In this document: positions 23,231 to 34,728 of the stretch, one piece after another | Layout: every line of letters begins with the position of its first letter | Position numbering within the stretch: position 1 is the first letter of the stretch | Assembly: GCA_003693705.1 (NCBI GenBank) | Contig: RBZT01000756.1 | Coordinates: forward strand, 1-54,814 | Direction of reading: 5' to 3' | Length of the DNA stretch: 54,814 nucleotides | From: Polymyxa betae A26-41 | Taxonomy: Eukaryota > Protista > Endomyxa: Phytomyxea | Notes under the pieces: model-generated | What the model was told of the DNA's origin: nothing | Databases searched by the model: none | What the model saw: the letters and a program-made list of their open reading frames with translations, nothing else | Position numbers and translations under genes: made by a program

Positions 23231-24542
23231 TATAGCCGCGAAAATGTAGAAAGCCGGGAACCCGGCAGTGGATTTCGATTGCATGAAGGTACAGGGTTCA
23301 ACTCCCTGAAGGGTTGGGGCAACAGGTGGCTGGCTATCTTCACTGTCAAAGTCTCTATGTCCCCCGGCAGACTGAAATACGACATTTATTCAAGAGCTCA
23401 ATTATTTCCGAAATCTATCGAGTAGGAGAACCTGAACTTCGGTTCAGGCCCCGCACTAGGGTCACAGTGCCGCCCACTCTGCCGAAATGTGCGAACAATT
23501 GTGCAATCCAATCCAATCCAATCCTCACCAGGCATCATCTGAACGCCGCTATCATACAATACGGTCAGAATGCCTCTAATCCCTTCACCATAGACTCTCC
23601 GAATTGTTAAATATGTCGATGCTTTTGTTGTTGATGTCTTTTGGTTTTGCATAGAATTCGCCAAAATTCGACAGATACGACATCCTGCTGACTAATATTT
23701 CACGAATTCTACAATTTATGGCTGGCCGCGGTCTGTTGAGCCAGCCTTACGACAAACGAAGCCAAAACAGGAAACGACAGCAGTGTCTTTTTCATGCGAA
23801 CCTGCGACCAATTAGAGATATCAAACCAAGTCCAAGGCGCAAAGAACGAACTGCTTCACAGATTGAAAAATGTGTGGCAATTATCCGCTTCTAGGGATCC
23901 AAAGAAGCATTTTTTCATGTTGCCAACGGCATCGCTCGCATTACCAATTTCCAATCTGAGCCATGAAATTTTCTATTAATGTGCATTTTATGGGCACTTG
24001 CCAGTGTCTGAAACGTTAGAAATCTCAGCAAAAATTGGAAGATTGTCAAAAGATTCGTTACCTGGAATATCATCTGACAGAATAGCAACGGGGCTCTACG
24101 TCGGCTGTTGTGTTGATGGGTCATGCCTTCGCAATCGGGCTGGGTTAGATGATAGGTTGTTCCGGGCATTGGAACCTCTTTGAAAATGCTTTAACCTCAA
24201 GCACCGCACTCACACCATCAATAGCATCTCAAGCTCAATTCTCCGTCAATAAACGGGAAATGCTTTCGTAAAATGACCTTTCAAAGATTTTGAATGAAAG
24301 TATATCTAGTCTGACGGTGCTGTTATTGACTGCAGCAAAATTCAGTTTGATATATCGCCGCTTTCTTGAACTGATCAATGACCTCCCAAGAATGTTCAAA
24401 CCTCAGCTGCAAAGATTTGCTGTCAGGATAAAATGGAAAACTCGAACTGCTTGCAACAGGGCTGAGTCATCAATTCAGGGAACGAGCTTCAAGAATCGAT
24501 GACCTGACAAGATATATTTTCTCGGCATTCTGTACATCCAAA

Positions 24543-24658
24543 TTGATGAAAAACAATTACGCTGTGCCTGTATGTTCTGTTTGTGTGCCTCCTTGCCGCA
24601 CGCATGCGTTTTTCAATATAATTGGCGAACTCACCGACGTTGAGTACGTCGACTCTCC
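24543..24658 (+). pseudogene. 5' part of a probable host membrane-protein gene split by the copia insertion
   Basis: The frame ...DVEYVDSP continues in frame at 30263 once the element and one TSD copy are removed. Confidence 0.55.
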
Positions 24659-24928
24659 TGTTGAGATCCAATCCAGCACCCATACAGCCAGGTCCCATTA
24701 TAACCAACATCATGACACCAATAGGTCCCATAATGACTTCTAGGTATAGTTAGGTAACATAAGCATCCAATCTATCCAATAATAAAAACACGCTTTTCAT
24801 TGACATTCTGCTGGTATTCTGTCATTAAAGTAGATTAAAGGCCGTGCTTACGCACTAGAGATTCTGGTACCTTAGCCACACTTCACTCAATCAATCCGAA
24901 TTAGTATTCCGCCTGTACGGTTTCAAAA
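24659..24928 (+). repeat. Copia 5' LTR (TGTTGA...TCAAAA)
   Basis: Direct repeat of 29998-30257; boundaries fixed by the TSD. Confidence 0.95.
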
Positions 24929-24943
24929 GATTAAGAGTCCCAT
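24929..24943 (+). promoter_or_regulatory. Primer-binding site complementary to the tRNA-Lys(CUU) anticodon arm
   Basis: GATTAAGAGTCCCAT abuts the LTR with no spacer and lacks the TGG start of a PBS for a full-length tRNA 3' end. Confidence 0.85.
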
Positions 24944-27900
24944 TCACTCTATCATATACTAACGCTTCCTCACCATGTCCACTTAATCGATTACCGTCAC
25001 CAAGCTCCGTCGTGCAGATGATTTCGCCCAATGGAAACGCCGTATTATGGCGCTCCTTCAAGACAAAGACTATGTCACCATTATCCGATACGATCCTCGT
25101 ACTTTCGATCCTATTGCCGATAAAGTTCAATCGATGCAGACTGACGACACAAAACCTACTTCCAACCGTGTCGACATCAAGGCAAAAGGCATAATCGAGC
25201 TCAATGTCGAAGATTCCGTCCTACCCCATCTCATATCACAAGATACTGCCCACGATTACTGGGTGAAATCACATTCTATGTTCCAAGCATCTTCCTTATC
25301 CTCCGGCGTTTGACGCTTACGAAACCTAATGCTGTGCGCACAAGCTGGCCGTTCCATTCAAGATTATGTTGGTGAAGTTGAGCAGCGTGCTCGCGAACTT
25401 CGAGCCTGTGGTATTGTGGTATTGATTTCAACCACAAGCTTGTCTGCAATGGTCATTGCCAACCTTGACAGTCGGTTCACCGCCGTTGCTTCAGCCTTGG
25501 ACTCTCAAGACATCAACACAGTATCAATTACAAAAATCACTGCTGTTCTGCTCAATGAAGAAGGACGCCAGGGTTTCAGCCAACCGGTCTATCAAGCCAA
25601 TGTTTCCAATTTCAAGAAAGGCCGGTGATGTGTTCACACTCATTTAGCCCATACTGACGCCGAATGCTTCTCTCAACATCCACACCTACGTCCTCCTGGA
25701 TGGAAACCTCGTCACAATATCAATGATTCCAATAAAAACACCAACATTCAATCCTATCTTTTTGCGGCTTCTGTTGCCCTCACCTCAGAAACAAAGACTG
25801 ATACATGGTTAGTTGATAGTGGATGCGCAGTACATATGTGCTCCGACACTTCTTTTTTAAGCAATATTCGCCAAAGTCCGACACCAGTGGAAATCCATCT
25901 TGGTGACAACTCAGTTATCAAATCTACTGCCTCCGGATCATGTACAATCAAGGTGGCTGACAGTAACATACAATTACGACACGTCCTTTCCGTGCCAAAT
26001 CTGGCCCAGAACCTGCTATCGCCCGGGCAAGCCACCTCTTATGGTTTAAAGTTCCTTTTTAACGGCGACTATTTGACGATATTCACCGACGAAAATTTCG
26101 TTGAGCCTCAGCGCAAGATTCTGTCGCAAATTGGAAAAACTTCAGATAACCTATACCGCAAGGACAGTCGACAGGCTCCGGAAGCAAAGGTAATCTCATC
26201 CTTTGTTTCAAGCTCTGAGCGCATCACCTTGCCACTGGACCTATGGCACGCCAGGCTTGGTCACACAAACCACAAAGATGTTCAAAGATTGGGCAACAAA
26301 CACTCGTATGGCATCTACCTGAAAACAGAAGAACCTGCGCTTTCGAAGCCTGCGTATTCGGAAAAATGCCTCGAAAGCCATTCAAGTCAATGCCTCCTTT
26401 CAGGTACTCTCAGATTGGAGAATTAATTGTTAGTGATGTGATGGGCCCATTCCCACAAGCATCTATTGGTGGGTACAAATTCTTCGTTACATTTATGGAT
26501 TGCCATTCAAGATTCTGTACCGTGGCATTATTGAGGCACAAATCGAAGCAATTTGAGAATTTCAAAATTTTCGAGGCCCAATTCACAACCCATCACAGCA
26601 CGAAAATCAAACAGCTACAGTCAGACAATGGAGGAGAATACATGTAACATGCTCAGAGGGCCTGGCTTTGGAAAATGAAATTCATCATCGAACCACTGTA
26701 CCTGGCAATTCCAATCTAATGGGATGGCCGAGCTTTTCAATCGACCAATCACTGATATAGCTCTTTGCATGTTAGCGAAAGCTAACATGCCGGCGCAGTG
26801 TTTCTCATGGGCAATACGTCGACCGCACTCTGCACTTAGAAACCGAATGACCCCTTATGAAGCTTCAAAAGGTGAAAAACCTTACCTTGCTTACCTCCGA
26901 GTCTTTGGGTGCAACGCCTACGGTCATATTCAAGATCAAAACAGAACCAAGCTGGACAACCATTCTCGCAGAGCCGTCCACATTGGATACGCACAGTCTC
27001 AGAGGGCCTATATCCTATACGATCCATCTACAAGAAAAGAATTTGCGTGCTGGGACATGGTATTCGATGAATCATCCTTCACATTTGGCTTCGATCGAGA
27101 GATCACCAAGCAGACCAAGTCACAATCAAACCAAATTCTGGAAAACGACACTGGGTGACCCAATAATGGGAAGGAGCCTGACAGTGTTGACAGCACAGAG
27201 CAATCTGCCCAAGCCGCATCAAGTTCTGACAGTGAGAGTGAGTAAGTAGACTGTACTCCAGCGAACTCGGATCATGAAGCGCCTGAAGACCATGAGGGCG
27301 GTTGCGGAATGTCAACACTATCAGCTGAATCTGAATTATCCGACAACGACGATGACTCTGACTATCAACCACCAAACTCTTTGAGCCGCTCATTCGACCA
27401 TAAACTTGCCGATCAACAAAGAGAACGTTCCGTCAGAACAAGACAAGAGCCGGGTGAATGGTGGAGAATATTTCAAGCACATATACCTGATAACAAAATC
27501 GCACATCATCATGAAACACTGTTGAGGCCACCAATCGAAAGTATGAAAGTAACAGAAATCCCGATACCCAAAACAACAACAAGTGCATTGAACGGTGCTT
27601 ATGGAGGACACTGGTACGAAGCGATGGCCAAGGAAATTCAACAGCTCTCAGACTTCAAAACATGGAATCTTGAAAAACTACCAGCTGGACGAAAGCCTAT
27701 AGCCTGCAAATGGGTGTTCAGCATTAAACCAAGCATTCTAGGCGATGGCCTTGTGCGAAAGTTCATGGCCCGCCTTGTGGTCAAAGGATTCTCTCAACGC
27801 TCAGGAACAGATTATGACGAATCATTTGCTCCTGTTGCTCATGCGGAATCTTTCCGTTTACTTCTAGCGATCGCCGCCCAGCTCAAATTGCAGATGCATC

Positions 27901-28430
27901 AGCTGGACATTGTTGGAGCTTTCCTGAATGGGGACATCCAAGAAGAAATATACATGAAGCAACCCGAAGGCTTTATCCAATCAGGTCTAGAACAGCTTGA
28001 CTGTTAGCTCAACTAAGCTCTGTATGGGTTTAAACAAGCAGGTAGGGTTTGGAACCAAGAGCTAGACAGCTTTTTCTCGAGGTTGAGGTTTATCCGTGCA
28101 CCCTCCGATCCCGGCATATACACACTCCGCCGTGGACAAAGTATTGTCTTGCTAGGGGTCCACGTTGACGACATTGATCTCTTGCCAACAAGTCGTTTCG
28201 AGTTTCTCAAGTCAATACGAAATCACCGATCTGGGAGCGCCAAATCATTGCTTGGAATGAGCATTCACAAAAACGATGCAACCGGAGGCCGTCAGTCAGA
28301 GAGATTATGTGGGCGACTTGCTCAACCGGTTCAACATGACGGGTTGTAAACCCGCAGAGACGCCTCATCAACCAGGTGTTTATCTTACCACTAGGATGTG
28401 CCCTCAAACATAGAGCGAAAAGTCTGACAT

Positions 28431-29308
28431 GCACTGAAGCGTCTGTTGAGATACCTGCGTGGCACCGTCGACATCGGCATCAGATTTGGCGGGAGCATCT
28501 CCGTAGACGGGGTCAACACTCTGGTCGGCTGGGCCGACGCGGATTTTGCTGGATGTACGGAGACGCGCAGTTCGACGACCGGGTTCGTCTTTAAGCTGAA
28601 TTATGGTCCTGTCTGTTGGGCGAGTCGGCGGCAAGTATGTGTCGCGCTCTCTACAACAGAGGCGGAATATCAGGCCCTCTGCGATGCTGCAAAAGAGGCG
28701 ATCTGGCTGCGCGGCCTTCTCGGGTTCTTGCAATCTGGTGATGAATCGTGTATGGCCACTATCATTCATCAAGACAACCAGTCAACGAACGCTTTGACGG
28801 AGAATGGGCGGTTGTCTCGGCGCTCAAAGCATATCGAGGTCCGGTACCACTATACAAGCCAGAAGATCCAAGACACCGCGATCAAGTTAAAGTACTGTTC
28901 GACAAAGGAGATGATCGCGGACATATTGACGAAGGCGTTGTCCCCGGAGGTGTTCGTGCGTCTTCGAGCCAAGATGCTGCGTTCGGATTCCAGCATTGGG
29001 AGTTCGGGCGGGAGTGTTGAAGATGGTGGTGCGCGTGCGACCTCCCACTGACGGGCTTCCATATGATCCTTGCGGTCGCGTGCGGGCGAGCACATGACCG
29101 GCCCTGGAGTACCAGATGATCTATGATACGAAACTCACTTTTGTTATGACCACTTATCGTTGACCTCTGAGTTCTGAGTAGCTGGATGGCGAACAATCGT
29201 GCTGCATCATCTCAGGCAAGAGGCAGCGCGAACGGTTCAGCGGACAATCAAAGTCCGGACTCCGCGACAGAGAATATTCCGCAGCCGAGCCGCACTGAAC
29301 CTTCAACT
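28431..29308 (+). mobile_element. Nested 3' fragment of a second copia element (RNase H, PPT, LTR 29015-29308)
   Basis: ALKRLLRYLRGT..GWADADFAG..RSKHIEVRYH; PPT GGGCGGGAG; LTR TGTTGAAG...CTTCAACT. The outer RT reads SEKSDM before and VPxAELVGSL after. Confidence 0.85.
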
Positions 29309-29997
29309 TGTGCCTGACGCGGAACTTGTCGGCAGCCTCAACTGGCTTTGTAATAATACTCACCCTGATAGTTCGACTGCCGTCGGAACGATGTGCCGAT
29401 TTATCAACAATCCTGGAAGACCGCACTGGAAAGCCGCACAGCGTGTGCTGCCGTATTTGGCTAGCACCTCACACCTGGGAATCTACTTCTCAGAGCAATC
29501 GACAGGGCAAGATCAACTGATTGGCTACTCTGATGCTGATTGGGCCGGGGACCCAGACACTCGCCGTTCAACCACTGGATACATAATCATGATGGCAGGG
29601 GGTCCTGTGTCCTGGAAATCGAAATTACACGTTTCAACGGCATTGTCATCAGTCGAAGCTGAGTATATTGCACTATGTGCGGCATCACGGGAGACAAAAT
29701 GGCTACGTCAGCTGCTTTACGATCTCGGCTTCCCAGTTCCATGTGCAACTGTCATCCGTGAGGACAACAATGGGTGCATCTCAATTAGCAGCAATCGTAG
29801 GACAGATAGTCGAACCAAACACATTGACGTGAAGTACCATTTCGTGAGAGACCTCATTACGTCGAGCCAAGTTCAAGTTGAATACACACCAACAGACAAA
29901 ATTTTCGCTGACGTATTGACGAAACCTAAAAATACACCAAAGCTTAAATCATGTCGACAAGCTTTATCTCTCAGATGGATGCCGTTTCGAGGGGGCG

Positions 29998-30257
29998 TGT
30001 TGAGATCCAATCCAGCGAGCCAGGTCCCATTATATCCATCATGACACCAATAGGTCCCATAATGACTTCTAGGTATAGTTAGGTAACATAAGCATCCAAT
30101 CTATCCAATAATAAAAACATGCTTATCATTGACATTCTGCTGGTATTCTGTCATTGAAGCAAATTAAAGGCCGTGCTTACGCACGAGAGATTCTGGTACC
30201 TTAGCCACACTTCACTCAATCAATCCGAATTAGTACTCCACCTGTACGGTTTCAAAA
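29998..30257 (+). repeat. Copia 3' LTR
   Basis: Direct repeat of 24659-24928 with several substitutions and small indels. Confidence 0.95.
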
Positions 30258-30262
30258 TCTCC

Positions 30263-30857
30263 AGAGAGCGGCTTCTTCCGCTGGTCATTTAGATTTGCAA
30301 TTGGATCACTTGCTTTGGGGTTATTTATTACTCGTATAGCTCTTTGGAGAGTTCCATGCCTTGCGATTTTCAAATTGGAACCTGAACTAAATTTAAAAGT
30401 CATACTATATTTCTAACTGTGATATATCCGATATTATCAATCATTGTCACCTCAGCTGCTCGACAATATACAGGTCATAATGATGGGTTTATTCATTGCC
30501 ATGCTTGCACCTTCTGGTGCTTCCATACTGAAATCTAAATTCTCAAAATGTGGCGGAGTAACGAAAGAGCAGATGCTCTGGGGGACCGCCATCAGTATAA
30601 CGGCGCTCTGGACATTCCTTTCTGAATTCTCATTATCCTTATTTCCACTCAAGCTGTCTTCAAAAATTTCGTTAGGCTTTGAGATATATTCAGAACTGTT
30701 CTTGTTGGTCATGGGAACCGTGGTCACTTGGGCAGAGATCAGGCTCATTCGAGGCCTAAAACCGGAAATCATCACGCCTCTTGTTTCTGAAGCAGAAGAA
30801 CTGCTCCAAGACGCTCTTAATATTGAAATTGCTCGTCTTGAGATGGCACTTTCATAA
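30263..30857 (+). pseudogene. 3' part of a probable host multi-pass membrane protein, with intron 30399-30455
   Basis: Open frame ESGFFRWSFRFAIGSLALGLFITRIALW..LK, then a 57-bp GT-AG intron containing an in-frame stop, then LLDNIQVIMMGLFIAML... About four hydrophobic segments. Confidence 0.6.
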
Positions 30858-31705
30858 ATTAAATCTGATTCCCCACAGGCACATATTTTATGAGGATTGC
30901 AAATTTTGCGAAATCAATACTACGTCAGCTAAATCTACCACCTCCGCTTCCAGTGCCTGCTCCAAACGGAGTTTTCTCCTGGCCAATACCGTTAATGAAT
31001 CCGGCAACGGAAAAGAGGGTTCAAAGCAACTTCCAGTTGGTTTACGCAGAGCTGCAAATTCCCGTCAGAATTGTTAACTTTCATTTGACAAGATTTGAAG
31101 ATTTCCAAAGTTGTTTGAATTTATGTATTTCGGCATTCCTTTGTCGAGTGTGAATTCCATAGATCTTGGAGAATCCCATAAAAAACAATTTCGTAAGTAC
31201 CTTGCTCTGTTATTAATCGTTTTGGACGCGCGAGTAAGCCGCATTCATTAGGGGCAACGTGCCTACCAGGGCTTTATTGACTTTTGAAGAATATGCCCTT
31301 ACGATATAAGATCGAATGGCTCTCTGACAACAGCCTTTCCACTCGAACTCCATTCTCCATCGTGGTGAATGCAGTCTGGAGTTGCAGAACGAATTCTGAG
31401 GATTTAAAATCCTTCGAAATATAACAAATCGTACACAATGTATCAAATTTCCACAACACTAAAGAACAGCCATGGTTATCCACACACCCACAAAACATCC
31501 AATGAATGTGACGTTCATTAATGATATATATTGTGCTTGGTAGGATGAGATTGGATTGGATTCGACTAGTTCGTTGATGTTTGGTCAACAATCGGCGCTA
31601 TTTCCAAAACGCATGGCGGGAAAATTTAAGCAAAATGCCTCAATAAATTCCAAAACCCTACTACCGATTTCTGGCTTTACAGTATTTCACCCGTTTAAAG
31701 AGTTA

Positions 31706-34555
31706 GAGCGCGTTTGGAATCCCCAAATTTTACGTAGAATTTGGGGATTCTGCGTATGTAAATGTAGGAAGTGTAAAAAACGCCTACACAGAGAGTTTGG
31801 GAGCTCTTCCGATCACACGCTTTTACGTAAAGTTTCTGCGCAGAACGCACTACAGCTTTGAGGTGTAGTTGACATTGCGTAACTCGTCCGACATCATTGC
31901 GATATGGAAGATCTTTCATCAGATTCCGACCAAAATTCGAACAGGATCATGCTTATCGCCAGCTTGATGGCTGCATATGCCTCAGATTACTTATGCAAGG
32001 AGCCCTGTCGCACCTCAGCTTTGCAGGGATCGGACTACATCCTTGAATTAATAGGGGATGGGGTCAGTACGATTCGAGCCTACGAAAGTCTAAGGATGGA
32101 TCTTTTATTTTTATTAAACTATCTTTTATGATGCAGCGTAAATGGCTGCTGGTAAATAGTCGGTAAACTGACAATCTGTTTTGATGCTATCCTGTACAAA
32201 TGCCAAGTTGAATGCTATAGATCTGTATCCGTAGAGGAGCAACTTGCTATGTTCTTGTCTGTAGCAGGATATAATGATAGCAATAGACGTATCCAAGAGC
32301 GATTTCAGCACAGTGGCGAGACTGTCAGTCGCTAACTTTGCTCATTCATTAATCGTGATAGCCAATTAAGAATTAATATATTGTTGAGGTTTTTTTGAAA
32401 GATAGTGGAAGCTCTTGTGCAGCTAGCCCCAGAGTAGATCAAACTCCCAGATGCGTCGTCGCCATGCCCTGCAAAAATTCGACCATTTGCCCCGTATTTT
32501 CCGTATTTTGGCAACTGTTTGGGAGCGCACGATGTCACACATATTCCAGATGTTGTTCCTATTCATTTACAAGCACCCTATAGAAATCGTAAAGGATTTC
32601 TAAGTCACAACGTTCTAGCAGTCTGCGATTTCGATTTGATGTTTTACTTCCGTCTTAACTGGGTGGGAAGGCTCGGTTGCAGACGGATCCGTCCTGGCGG
32701 ATTCTTTCCAAAGGGGATTCCACATGCCACATGGTCGCTTCTACCTTGGAGAAGCAGGATATGCAATTTCTGACTATTGCTTAACTCCATATCGAAGGGT
32801 AAGATACCATTTACGCGAATGGCATCAAAACATAAATCTTCGGTACGACAATCTAGCAACTTCGATCTGGATCTACAAACAATTAAGCCATAATATTTTT
32901 AGGCCCCAGAACTACAAAGAGCTTTTTAACTTGAGTCATGCAGAGTTACGAAATCACATTGAGAGCGGTTGTATCTTTTCTCCCCGCTGGGAGAAAAGGC
33001 TGCGCATCCCCGCAAAATTCTGTACTGTCACTAAACAGTAAGGAGAATGAGTCGGGACTTTGGAAGTCAGAAACTCAATTCACAAAAACAATTCTCAAGA
33101 ATGGTACTCGAACTCTGAACTTGACTGCGGACAACACGATAGGTAATCTTTCCACCCGACAAAGTCGCCGTAGATTTGAATCTTGCTTACGGGAGATGGA
33201 ATACACCATAAACGCCATCAAAATAAAACCTGAAACAAGCCCCTAAAAGACACCACAGAAAAGCCCCACAAAAAAGCCCCTTTAAAAGGCCGTAAAAATG
33301 CCCTAAAAGATACCCGCCACACAGACAGGCAGCCTCTAAGCAGCGCGGCCCCGGACTGTAGTCATACTCCTTACTTTTTAGTGTTTAGTGACAACACAGA
33401 ATTTTGCGGGGATGCGCAGCCTTTTCTCCCCGCGGGGCAGCACGGCCCTTTCTGCCCGCGGGGAGAAACGATACAACCGCATTGAGAGGATCTTCGGAGT
33501 TTTCAAACAGAGATTTCCTTTACTGAAAAATCTTCACAGGTACAGTCTTGACATGCAAGGCCAGGTCACGTTAGCACTCTGCGTTTTGAAGAACTTCATC
33601 ATGATGGAAGGTGGAGCCAAAGACTGGATCGAAAACGAATATCTACTGAGCAATGATGCTCAGAATTCGGAAGTCAGAGTAGAAAGCGATACTTCAATGC
33701 GAAATCGGGGCCATAGTAACCATCACGAAAGAACGAACTTGGGAAGCTGTTACGTGATAGCATAGCAATGAAGATGTGGAGCGACAATGTTACCAGTAAC
33801 TGATAAATGAATGTCATCTTTTATTGAATCGCTTATCAATTCAGTCGATAAATCTCTTGACGAAGCCACTCATCACGAGCCTCGTTCTTTGGAATAATCA
33901 GAATCATGGCCGCCTTCGTCGGGTCTGAAACCGCTCGGTATGCTTCAGCTATATCTGAAGGCACCCAATCACAGTATTCTCTGGCGATTTTCTCAACCGC
34001 CAGCTGACACGATTGCACGGCTGCACTCTTTTGCTAGGTTCTCGACTCGGCAATGCTGTTCAAAGCGCGAGCGAACATAGCAGGCCCAGATGACATTTTA
34101 GGTGGACGTGGCGTCGTTGTAGATGAAGAGAATTTCAGTATTTTCGCTACAGGATGCTCTTCCTCATCTAGTTCTTGCAATAAAGGCAGTTATGATTAAA
34201 CAGCGAGATAGATGGGTGTGGTCAGAACTGTACTTGGCTGCACCTCGGGTGTATTTTCATCCAAATCGTCATTGTCGTTCAAGACCTCGTCATCCCTAAT
34301 GGAGCCAGAGCCAGGGACTTCTGCGGCCACCGCGGTTCCACAGCCGTTCGAGCTGGTGGGGACACTGCTCACGACAGACATTCCAGTGGCTGGTTGATGG
34401 TTTGCAAACAGCTCTTGTGTCAAGTAAAAAAGCTGAAACCGATGTTTTCTAAATTTCCGAATAATGGCTGCTTTCTTCGCTGATGACTGTAAATAAAGGT
34501 TAGCAAGGCATTTATGGTTGTTTACAGAATCATTACTGAGTCCAGCTCCTGCTCC
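31706..34555. mobile_element. Second PIF/Harbinger element, right end lost; transposase on plus (31904-33800), ORF1 C-terminus on minus (33836-34555)
   Basis: TTA then GAGCGCGTTTGG; QERFQHSGETVSR, YRNRKGFLSHNVLAVC, RNHIE|RIFGVFKQRF. The ORF1 tail AYRAVSDPTKAAM resembles AYSLMTDKTKAAV of the 19348 element. Confidence 0.88.
32966..33479. mobile_element. Mutator (MULE)-like MITE inserted in the PIF transposase
   Basis: Long TIRs (about 85-115 bp) CGGTTGTATC...GATACAACCG; 9-bp TSD CATTGAGAG (32957-32965, 33480-33488). Confidence 0.9.
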
Positions 34556-34728
34556 CAAGAATCATTTGGAGCAAGAAGCCGCTGTGTCATTACATCAAAT
34601 CCCCACCCGCTACAATTTGACATAAGCCGTTATGGATACCCTACAGTCATAATAGAAGCCGTCGCTTCGGGAGACCTATGGATATGGCACGTTTGTATTT
34701 GTATTCCAACATCATGCAATGATATCCA
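34556..34728 (+). pseudogene. Harbinger transposase fragment (plant transposon protein type)
   Basis: PTVIIEAVASGDLWIWHV..SCNDI. Confidence 0.8.

Larger units (their letters stand above)
24659..30257 (+). mobile_element. Full-length degenerate Ty1/copia element with both LTRs and a 5-bp TSD
   Basis: LTRs 24659-24928 and 29998-30257; TSD TCTCC (24654-24658, 30258-30262); gag from ATG 24975; WLVDSGC (PR), WHARLGH, SDVMGPF and QSDNGGEY (IN), HVDD (RT), YSDADWAG (RNase H); PPT GAGGGGG. Confidence 0.97.
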
